Shown here piece after piece: positions 9,370 through 53,280 of a DNA stretch of 64,000 nt. The stretch is from Macrostomum lignano (lineage: Eukaryota). Position numbers and translations under genes: made by a program. How positions within the stretch are numbered: position 1 is the stretch's first letter; every line of letters begins with the position of its first letter. The stretch lies in the NCBI GenBank assembly GCA_002269645.1, contig NIVC01003530.1, positions 28,741 through 92,740 on the forward strand, given 5' to 3'. The notes beneath the pieces are model-generated. The model was not told where the DNA came from. It ran no database searches and was given only the letters and a program-made list of their open reading frames with translations.

Positions 9370-12300
9370 CTGTGAGTTGGGGAGCGAGTGAGCAGGGGTG
9401 GTGTGGGATCTGAGCTGCTTGGAGAAGTCCCTCACTGCTGCATGGGGTGGTGTGGGATCTGAGCTGCTTGGAGAAGTCCCTCACTGCTGCATGGGGTGGT
9501 GTGGGATCTGAGCTGCTTGGGAAGTCCCTCACTGCTGCATGGGCTGGTATGGGATCTGAGCTGCTTGGAGAAGTCCCTCACTGCTGCATGGGGTGGTGTG
9601 GGATCTGAGCTGCTTGGAGAAGTCCCTCACTGCTGCATGGAGTGGTGTGGGATCTGAGCTGCTTGGAGAAGTCCCTCACTGCTGCATGGGGTGGTGTGGG
9701 ATCTGAGCTGCTTGGAGAAGTCCCACACTGCTGCATGGGGTGGTGTGGGATCTGAGCTGCTTGGAGAAGTCCCTCACTGCTGCATGGGGTGGTGTGGGAT
9801 CTGAGCTGCTTGGAGAAGTCCCACACTGCTGCATGGAGTGGTGTGGGATCTCACCTGCTTGGAGAAGTCCCTCACTGCTGCCTCATCGAAGGGCCGTCGC
9901 TGCAGCTGCATCAGCTCAGAGAGGCTGTGGCCGGAGATCAGCTCGGTGAAGATGCACAGCTTGCCCTTCTGGATGCGCTCAGACTTGAGGAACTGCACGA
10001 TGTTCGGGTGCCGGATGGCCTTCAGGACGGAGATCTCCGCGTTCTCTATCTCGATGGCCTCGTCCATCAGCCTGGCGCTGCTGGCACCTTCCAGCCTGAC
10101 GATCTTGACAGCCACAGTCTGGCGCTTATCGGTGAACGCCTTGTACACCTTGCCGAAGCCGCCTGCTCCGAGCAGCTGCTTGTTGCCGTCACCATCGAGA
10201 AGGAAGTCCCAGCTGGAGAAGGCGGGGTCCAGTGACGGCCTCGCACTGAAAGAGGAGTGGGTTGGGAGACTGAAGCACTGCGGGATGGCTGCAGAAATGG
10301 AGAACTGAGCAGGCAGGGAGAGTCTGTCAGCTGATCATTGTGAGCCACTCTTAGCTGAACCGAATGCAATTTCCCAAGTGAAAAGTGGAAGACGGCCTGC
10401 CTTGCTGACGGAGTCTCCTCGGACTGCGCGTCCACCGCCCGCCGCAGCTGCAAGCCCGACATCGCCTGGCCCAGCCTCCGCTCTTCTCCATCACGCTGGT
10501 GCCGCCGCTGCTCTGCGATCCACTCCCGAATCCGAGCTCCGTGCTGAGAGTTCCGCTCTGCGTAGTCGGCCACCGACTTGCCACCGGAATCGAAAAAGTC
10601 GAATGGGGCGAGGCCGAGAGAGTCCGCGATGAGGCGGAGCGAGTCTAGGTCGTGATGCTGAGCAGCCAGGTGAGCAGGTGTGGCTCCGTTTGAGTCTTTT
10701 TCCAACAGACAGGCCGGACCGAGCTCAGAGATGAGCCACTTGAGACAGGAGTTGGTCTCATTCATAGCAGCAAAGTGAATGGCAGTGCGTTTGCAATTGC
10801 CAGGCTGATGGAAGCAGTCGGATCCGAGGACTGATTTGAAGAACTGCATGGAATCGGCGCCCTGCTTCCCAGCAGCGAGATGGACGGGAGTGTCTCCGGC
10901 TTGGTCTCGAACGGAGAGACAGTCGGTTCCGCACTCGTTCACCAGCCACTTGAGACAGGAGTTAGTCTTCTTATTCATAGCGGCCCGGTGAATGGCAGTG
11001 CGTTGTAAGTAGCCAGGCTGATGGAAGCAGTCGGATCCGAGGACTGATTTGAAAAACTGCATGGAATCGGCGCCCTGAAACTTAGCAGCGAGATGGACGG
11101 GAGTGTCTCCGGCTTGGTCTCGAACGGAGAGACAGTCGGTTCCGCACTCGTTCACCAGCCACTTGAGACAGGAGTTAGTTTTTTCATTCGTAGCGGCACA
11201 GTGAATGGCAGTGCACTGGAGTCGGCCAGGCTGATGGAAGCAGTCGGATCCGAGGACTGATTTGAAGAACTGCATGGAATCGGCGCCCTGAAACTCAGCA
11301 GCGAGATGGACGGGAGTGTCTCCGGCTTGGTCTCGAACGGAGAGACAGTCGGTTCCGCACTCGTTCACCAGCCACTTGAGACAGGAGTTAGTAGCTTCAT
11401 TCCTAGCGGCCCGGTGAATGGCAGTGCGTTGTAAGTAGCCAGGCTGATGGAAGCAGTCGGATCCGAGGACTGATTTGAAGAACTGCATGGAATCGGCGCC
11501 CTGAAACTTAGCAGCGAGATGGACGGGAGTGTCTCCGGCTTGGTCTCGAACGGAGAGACAGTCGGTTCCGCACTCGTTCACCAGCCACTTGAGACAGGAG
11601 TTAGTCTCATTCACAGCGGCACAGTGAATGGCAGTGCACTGGAGTCGGCCAGGCTGATGGAAGCAGTCGGATCCGAGGACTGATTTGAAAAACTGCATGG
11701 AATCGGCGCCCTGCTTCCAAGCAGCGAGATGGACGGGAGTGTCTCCATCTTGGTCTCGAACGGAGAGACAGTCGGTTCCGCACTCGTTCACCAGCCACTT
11801 GAGACAGGAGTTAGTCGCTCTATTCACAGCGGCACAGTGAATGGCAGTGCACTGGAGTCGGCCAGGCTGATGGAAGCAGTCGGATCCGAGGACTGATTTG
11901 AAAAACTGCATGGAATCGGCGCCCTGCTTCCAAGCAGCGAGATGGACGGGAGTGTCTCCATCTTGGTCTCGAAAGGAGAGACAGTCGGTTCCGCACTCGT
12001 TCACCAGCCACTTGAGACAGGAGTTAGTTTTTTCATTCGTAGCGGCCCAGTGAATGGCAGTGCGTTGGACTTGGCCAGGCTGATGGAAGCAGTCGGATCC
12101 GAGGCTGCGGTGAATGAGCTCCATCCATGACTCATCTCGAAACAAGGCAGCCAGGTGCACAGGAGTGTTGCCTCTTTCGTTGGTGCAGGTGAGGCAGTCG
12201 GGTCCCAGTTTCTTAATAAGAGCCTCAAAGCAGCGGAGACCGTCGGATAGATAGGTCACGTGATGAGCAATGGACTGCTCCAACTGTTTGATGTTGAGTG

Positions 12301-12403
12301 CGAAGTTGGCGTCGAGCTGCCGGCAGAGGGGGAAGAGGCGGCCTGCGTCCTTGGCACGGAGGGCTGCAGCGACTTCTTCGCGCACTGAGGCTTGCCGGGC
12401 CAT
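8908..12403 (-). CDS. Ankyrin-repeat + Ser/Thr kinase (STE11/MAP3K-like) fusion protein, ~951 aa
   Basis: Exons 12403-~10401 (ankyrin array), ~10245-9855 (kinase N-lobe: [21 protein letters not shown]) and 9369-8908 ([26 protein letters not shown]). The second intron is a clear GT-AG; the first junction is inferred. Confidence 0.8.
9395..9882. repeat. 49-bp array (~10 copies) built from the ANK-kinase exon 2/intron junction
   Basis: Unit ggggtggtgtgggatctgagctgcttggagaagtccctcactgctgcat. Confidence 0.95.
9855..10245 (-). CDS. ANK-kinase exon 2: kinase subdomains I-V
   Basis: [38 protein letters not shown]...[11 protein letters not shown]...AVRDFSKQ, then a GTGAGA donor; 5' boundary uncertain. 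Confidence 0.85.
10401..12403 (-). CDS. ANK-kinase exon 1: seven double-ankyrin cassettes (70-71 aa each) plus cap and coiled linker
   Basis: Long ORF with repeated GDTPVHLAA / TAIHxAA ankyrin motifs; 3' boundary uncertain. Confidence 0.85.
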
Positions 12404-12595
12404 GTCTGCAGAGTGGCGCGGACTGCGAGCGCGCTGGGCTGCTCTGTGCCGCTTTTATATGGGCGGTGCGGAGAGGCGGGCTGAGCGGCACCCGAGCCAG
12501 ACTACTGTGAGTAGGCAAAGCAGAGTAAACTGCAGATGCTGTGCCGAGTCTGTCAGTTCTGAGCTCGGAACTCAGCGAGACCGACTGCTGGCCGC

Positions 12596-13520
12596 AGGTG
12601 CGCGACACGGGAAGGTGAGCGACACGGGAAGGTGAGCGACACGGGAAGGTGAGCGACACGGGAAGGTGAGCGACACGGGAAGGTGAGCGACACGGGAAGG
12701 TGAGCGACACGGGAAGGTGAGCGACACGGGAAGGTGAGCGACACGGGAAGGTGAGCGACACGGGAAGGTGAGCGACACGGGAAGGTGAGCGACACGGGAA
12801 GGTGAGCGACACGGGAAGGTGAGCGACACGGGAAGGTGAGCGACACGGGAAGGTGAGCGACACGGGAAGGTGAGCGACACGGGAAGGTGAGCGACACGGG
12901 AAGGTGAGCGACACGGGAAGGTGAGCGACACGGGAAGGTGAGCGACACGGGAAGGTGAGCGACACGGGAAGGTGAGCGACACGGGAAGGTGAGCGACACG
13001 GGAAGGTGAGCGACACGGGAAGGTGAGCGACACGGGAAGGTGAGCGACACGGGAAGGTGAGCGACACGGGAAGGTGAGCGACACGGGAAGGTGAGCGACA
13101 CGGGAAGGTGAGCGACACGGGAAGGTGAGCGACACGGGAAGGTGAGCGACACGGGAAGGTGAGCGACACGGGAAGGTGAGCGACACGGGAAGGTGAGCGA
13201 CACGGGAAGGTGAGCGACACGGGAAGGTGAGCGACACGGGAAGGTGAGCGACACGGGAAGGTGAGCGACACGGGAAGGTGAGCGACACGGGAAGGTGAGC
13301 GACACGGGAAGGTGAGCGACACGGGAAGGTGAGCGACACGGGAAGGTGAGCGACACGGGAAGGTGAGCGACACGGGAAGGTGCGCGACACGGGAAGGTGA
13401 GCGACACGGGAAGGTGAGCGACACGGGAAGGTGAGCGACACGGGAAGGTGAGCGACACGGGAAGGTGAGCGACACGGGAAGGTGAGCGACACGGGAAGGT
13501 GAGCGACACGGGAAGGTGAG
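12596..13520. repeat. 17-bp minisatellite upstream of ANK-kinase
   Basis: Unit ggtgagcgacacgggaa. Confidence 0.97.
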
Positions 13521-14033
13521 CCCTGCATAAAGGGAAGGGGAAACTAAGATTGCGGTACAGGAGAATGGGGACAAATTGAAGAACAAAATGAGCACAAGAT
13601 ATATATCCAGCGCTCCGAATACTGACTCGAACTCAATCCAGCACCTGAATTCTCGAATGTGCAGATCACATGCAGCAGCTGCTCAGCATCAGTGAGCACT
13701 GTTGCACAGGAATTCATGACAGCCGATCAGAGGCCCCTGACGTCACCATGAGCGCCGTCATTGCAGAGCAGCATCAGTGAGCAAGTGAGCACAGCGCAAC
13801 TCACAGAGGAATATTTTACAATCGATTGCAGCTCATAAATCAGACAAGCTGAAGTCGACACTCAGAGCGCAGCCTTCTCAGCAACTGCTTGAGCACCTTT
13901 GTTTTGCATCAGCCAGCAGGTGGACAGCAGCTTGGAGTGGAGCCACCGATTTTGAGCACTCTGCTTGCTGAGTAATGTACATTAATGTACTGATGTGCTT
14001 AGTGCTGTACTTTTGCAATAAACCGTTATGTTT

Positions 14034-14190
14034 TAGAGTGCTCCATCACCGGTACAGAGTGCTCCATCACCGGTACAGAGTGCTCCATCACCGGTACAGA
14101 GTGCTCCATCACCGGTACAGAGTGCTCCATCACCGGTACAGAGTGCTCCATCACTGGTACAGAGTGCTCCATCACCGGTACAGAGTGCTC
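14034..14190. repeat. 21-bp minisatellite
   Basis: Unit agagtgctccatcaccggtac. Confidence 0.9.
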
Positions 14191-14609
14191 AATAACTAAC
14201 AAAACACGCAAATCTGTGACTTCAGTTTCTGCAGAAGCAGCAACGATGCTCTCCAGACTCTGTCGAGTCCAGCAAATTTCTCCAAAGTGCAGAATCCTCA
14301 GAGCCTCATCAAATATATTTAGTCATCAGGCAGGGCGGCAGGGAGGCGTCAAGCGCTCAGGAAGCTGGCAGTTCTGGCACCAGACTCTGCTCAGAGCTGC
14401 TCACAAATCTGCACTCAGCGGGCTGGCTGAGGCCTCGCAGCTCTGATGGGATTTGAGAAGCTGCTGAAGTTGAGCACTGCGGGACCTGAGCGACTGGAGC
14501 AGGGAGGGACTTAAGCTGATGAGGATGTGCGAGCGACTCTAAATGCAATGCTCTGGGAGAGTGGGGAGAGGGAGAAAAAGGGATGGAGAAGAGAAGAGAG
14601 GTAGAATGG

Positions 14610-15376
14610 AGATGCAGCAGTGGGAAGATGCAGTGTGCGGGCACAGCACGGGTGCAGCAGTGGGGAGATGCAGTGTGCGGGCACAGCAGGGGTGCAGCAG
14701 TGGGAGATGCAGTGTGCGGGCACAGCACGGGTGCAGCAGTGGGAGATGCAGTGTGCGGGCACAGCACGGGTGCAGCAGTGGGAGATGCAGTGTGCGGGCA
14801 CAGCACGGGTGCTGCAGTGGGAGATGCAGTGTGCGGGCACAGCACGGGTGCAGCAGTGGGGAGATGCAGTGTGCGGGCACAGCACGGGTGCAGCAGTGGG
14901 GAGATGCAGTGTGCGGGCACAGCACGGGTGCAGCAGTGGGGAGATGCAGTGTGCGGGCACAGCACGGGTGCAGCAGTGGGGAGATGCAGTGTGCGGGCAC
15001 AGCACGGGTGCAGCAGTGGGAGATGCAGTGTGCGGGCACAGCACGGGTGCAGCAGTGGGAGATGCAGTGTGCGGGCACAGCACGGGTGCTGCAGTGGGAG
15101 ATGCAGTGTGCGGGCACAGCACGGGTGCAGCAGTGGGAGATGCAGTGTGCGGGCACAGCACGGGTGCTGCAGTGGGAGATGCAGTGTGCGGGCACAGCAC
15201 GGGTGCAGCAGTGGGGAGATGCAGTGTGCGGGCACAGCACGGGTGCAGCAGTGGGGAGATGCAGTGTGCGGGCACAGCACGGGTGCAGCAGTGGGGAGAT
15301 GCAGTGTGCGGGCACAGCACGGGTGCAGCAGTGGGGAGATGCAGTGTGCGGGCACAGCACGGGTGCAGCAGTGGGA
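14610..15376. repeat. 39-40-bp minisatellite
   Basis: Unit gcagcagtggggagatgcagtgtgcgggcacagcacgggt. Confidence 0.95.
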
Positions 15377-16083
15377 GGCGGTGGGTTCGCATCTGACAGA
15401 CTCAATAAAAATTCAATTAACGCACAATGAGCAGCGAATGTACATCAGTGTAAATTACAGATCAGTCTAGGAAAGTATTGCTTTGTTGTCCCTGCTCTAA
15501 GTATTGCTAGCCCAGCTCCCTACTCTATTGGGATAAATCCTCAGCTTAAATCCCAAAGCATCCCAAAGCTCAGGGTCAGACTAGCAATCCACTCCCCGAC
15601 CCCGCTGGGCCCAGCAGCTCACAGCGGGTGCACACAGCAATTTCAGCTTGCGGATTCGGCAGGGACAACAAAAAGAGTCACAACAAAGAGCTGATGGGGA
15701 CAAGCGGCAGGTGCAGGGGATCACAGACAGCGGTGCACAGGCGGGGCCAAGCAGTGCATTCTGAAGTGCAGGAGGACTTCAGCGAATTGCCAGAGGCAGA
15801 AATTTGCACACAGAAATATTTTTTGCAGTGCGAGCTGAGCGAATTCGGCAAAGCTGGGAAGAGGGCGCAGCAGCCGCGGCTCTGCGGCATCTCCGTGTGA
15901 GCCGCCCCGGATCTGCCGCTCCTTGGCTAGACTAGCAATCCACTCTGTTTGTGGAATCCAGCAAACCAGGCCCGGGAGCGCCAAGGTCAAGTCAGTAAAA
16001 GTACATCCTGTCACATCCAGGGCATTGCTGATTGACAGTTCAGTCCAGCTGCATGGGGCCGGGGCTCGAGCCCCGCACCTCCC

Positions 16084-49837
<33,754 letters not shown>

Positions 49838-50984
49838 AATAATTTATTAGCAATGATATAATTATCAAGGGTGCAGTGCTCAATCTGTGAAGAGGACCTG
49901 CGCAATGCTTTGTTAGCTTGGCAGGCGGTCAGTGGGGAGGCATCTGCGACCGCTTCGGCTGGCGAAGCGCGGATGGATTGGGCTCTGCTTGTGTTGACTG
50001 CTGTTGTTTGTTGTTGATTGCGCGAGACGCAACGCGGACCCAGCCAAGTCAAGTTTTAAGAGGCAGACAGACAGACGGGCTGGCAAAACAGGACTTTCCC
50101 AAGTTTGGCCTTGGCTGGGCGATGGGCGTGGGGTTCGGGCTGTAATAGGAGAGCCCCAGCCACCCCAGCCCACCCACCCCCACCAGCCAATCCGATCGGC
50201 CCAGCCGGCCACGCCCAATAAAAGTGAATCTCCAAAGTCAAACCGAAGCGTAGGCTGCCCGTGCTACTTGTGAGTAGGCAGGCTGGCGCCGGACGGAGGG
50301 CAAGGGGTGAATTCGTCTAGTATTCTATTAAAGAAGACAGAGAGAGAGTAAGGAAAGAGGAGGGATCGCTTCCCCTATTTGGGGAGAAATCTCGCCTATT
50401 CAGACGGGCACGCGCTGCTGCTGTAGGTAGGGGAAAAAATTCCAATTTCCCCTACAGCGGGCGGGCGTGACTGGCCCCGGCTTTTTCAGGCCCTGCCGAA
50501 AATTGATTTCCCCACCGCGTTTCGCTTGTTGAAAGAAAAGGGAAAGTTGCGACCCGGGCGCTGGGGGGGGGGGAGCCGGTGGGGGTGCGGGCGCTGAGCT
50601 CAGTCGAAAATAAAAAAAACGTAAATGATTTGTGTGACAGACAATAGCTGCTGCTTTCAGCCTTGCAATTTTGTTTGGGACCTGCGGATTTCCCTATCTC
50701 TCTCTGCTGCTACCTGTGCACCTTACCTGACCTGCCTCACCCATATCGCGCACCTGCATAGGCTGCATTCATTAAAATTTGGACTGCGTGACTGAGACGG
50801 AAATGAACAAAAACTTGCGACTTTGCAGTTTGCACCAACTGCAGAATTTCCTGACCTCAAACTGGAGTCGCTCTGTTTATCCTCGCTCTGCCTCGGCCGG
50901 ACTCTCATCCTCATGTGGTCAGTCCGATCTCCTCTCTCATCTATTATCCATCTGCTCCACTTTTATCAGATCTGGCGCCTTGAG

Positions 50985-51240
50985 CCTCTCTCACCTGTCC
51001 TCTCTCACCTGTCCCCTCTCACCTGTCCTCTCTCACCTGTCCTCTCTCACCTGTCCTCTCTCACCTGTCCCCTCTCACCTGTCCTCTCTCACCTGTCCTC
51101 TCTCACCTGTCCTCTCTCACCTGTCCTCTCTCATCTGTCCTCTCTCACCTGTCCTCTCTCATCTGTCCTGTCTCACCTGTCCTCTCTCATCTGTCCTCTC
51201 TCACCTGTCCTCTCTCACCTGTCCTCTCTCACCTGTCCTC
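50985..51240. repeat. 14-bp minisatellite
   Basis: Unit tctctcacctgtcc. Confidence 0.92.
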
Positions 51241-51667
51241 TGCGCCTGTTCTTCTCTGCCTGATTTCCCACACTTCATTCTAGTTGCATATCGCAATCAA
51301 GCTGAATTATTAGAAACAAGAATGCAGAAAATATTTTTAATTTCCACGGCGCACCGCAGCTGCGCAAAAGCGCGCCGAAATTTGCTACAAAGAAAGTTTT
51401 TCATTCTCTCGAATTTTAATTTCTATCGTTTCCGACTTTTTAAACCCGGTGGAATCTGCGCACCAAAAATTGAAAACCTACGGCCGGCTCCTGACCCACC
51501 TCTCGAAGCTCATTGAAAAATAGGACACTTTTAATCCGAGAGCGCCGCTGTATTGAACTTCAAATGCACTCAAGTGGCGCCGCACATTTTCTCTTGAATT
51601 GCCTGCCTGACCCGCGCTATACTACTCGCCTAATTCTAACAAGTAGAAAGTTGCGCTTTTATAGTGC

Positions 51668-52095
51668 TTTTTTAATCAGAATTAAATTCAAAGACCACGG
51701 GCAGCTGGTGCTGCGGTGTCGAGCAGGGAGATCCAGTGGTCCTCAGTGCGGTGTTCCCCCCCCCCCACCTCCAGAGTCCAGAAGGTGGATGTTCGCTCGT
51801 CCGGTTAGGCAGAGATGAGCTAGCAGAAATTCTTGGGTCTGAAAACGTCGGAAAGGTCCGGGTTTGGGCCGAGGTAGGTGAGCCTGTCCTGAGTAAAGGC
51901 GGGGCAGTCACAGATGAAGTGCTCCGCATTCTCGACACAGGAGAGGCAGAATGGCATTCCTCTCTGCGGATTTTCCCTGGAAGGTGACGATGCCTGGCAA
52001 AACAGCCATTCCCGAAAGGGCCATGGTCTCCGCCCTGATGTACCTGCGGTTGAGTCCAAGCAGGGCTCTGCGGAGGGCGGGCGATCAAATGTACT
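51668..52095 (-). mobile_element. 5'-truncated non-LTR retrotransposon 3' end (ORF2 C-terminal CCHC zinc knuckle + 3' UTR)
   Basis: Minus strand across a frameshift: GDHGPFGNGCFARHRHLPG...CLSCVENAEHFICDCPAFTQDRLTYLGPNPDLSDVF, followed by a UTR ending in an A-run. Confidence 0.75.
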
Positions 52096-53118
52096 CAAGT
52101 ATTTTCAGTTTAATTGCCTGACCTACGTTATACTACTCGCCTAATTCTAAAAAAGTAGAAAGTGGCGCTTTTATTGCGCTATTTTATCCAAATCACTGAT
52201 ATTTAAAGTCGATTGCTTAGTTCTATTCGTCAAAAGGAATTGGGGCTCTGCAGGGAAATTGTGGCTCGGGCCCTAAGCAACAAAAATTAATAAATTTGCT
52301 CTTTCACGAATTCGATTACCTTCGTTTTAAGAAGCTAAAACTTTCCTATTTAACGAGATGCATTGTTCATTCGACTAGTAGTCTGTAGCGAATATTAGCG
52401 CTAAACTTATTAAATCTGGGCTGGTTAGAGAGCTCATTTAGAGCACCTCACCAGTTAACTATAAGCTGTAAAAGCTGTGTGTCAGCCCGCATTTTCCAGC
52501 TGCAAAGCCGAACTCCGAGACGGGGCCACAAAAGCAGTTGATGAGGCTGGGTTGCAGCAGCATAGATTCTCTGCGGTGAGCGCAGAGAATGAGGTTGAGT
52601 TGAGTTACAACCGCAGAGAGAGGAGAGACGCACCCATACAGCCAATTTGGTAATATCCATGGAGTCTGAAAAGCCAACCTCATTGAAGAACAGAACTGAG
52701 TTACAGCTGCGGCCTGCTCAACCCAGTTGCTTCATCAAAAACTCCACGGCCTTGTGTGCGAGCTGAGTACAGCTCTCTCTCTCTCTCTCTCTCTCTCTCC
52801 CTGAGTCACAGCCCCCACCCTAGTCCAACACAAAGTTCGAGCGAGAGCATCGAACAGAAAAATTTGCAGATCTTTTTTCCACTTATATAGCAGGAGCAGC
52901 CACAGCGGAACACTGGGAGACCTCGGCAGCCACAGCGGAAGCAGCAATAACTGCAGCAGAACTTCAGCCAGAGCATGCAGCGAGATGTGGACAATTTTCA
53001 GGGCCAGTTCGGGGTGAGTATCTGCTGCTCTAAAACACAGCGCTAAGCAAACAGAGGTGCTCTGCTGTCAAAAAGCAGAAGATGTAGAGAACAGATCAGG
53101 TGAGCTTGAAGCAGAGCC

Positions 53119-53280
53119 ATGAGCACTTTATCCAGCGCCATTCACTCGTCCGCTGAACTGCAGAGTCTGGTGCGGACCATCGAGGACCGAGTTGACGACC
53201 TGGTGGCCCAGGCGAAGGTGGACCGGCAGCTGCAGCAGCTGAACCCGCAAGAGACCGAGGCAGTTTGGTCGGACAAGCAG
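53119..53280 (+). CDS. Plakin-like exon (first recognisable coding exon)
   Basis: [33 protein letters not shown]...[10 protein letters not shown], then GTGAGT; WSD resembles the plakin DWSD motif. Confidence 0.65.

Noticed and set aside
12225-15470. Cys/His-rich or other repetitive ORFs from the 17-bp and 39-40-bp arrays
   Set aside because: Variable unit lengths shift the frames; these are satellite artefacts.
52735-52990. Hydrophobic minus-strand stretch (LLQLLLLPLWL) as the DDR signal peptide
   Set aside because: There is no in-frame ATG or phase-1 donor; 49777-49837 meets all the criteria.
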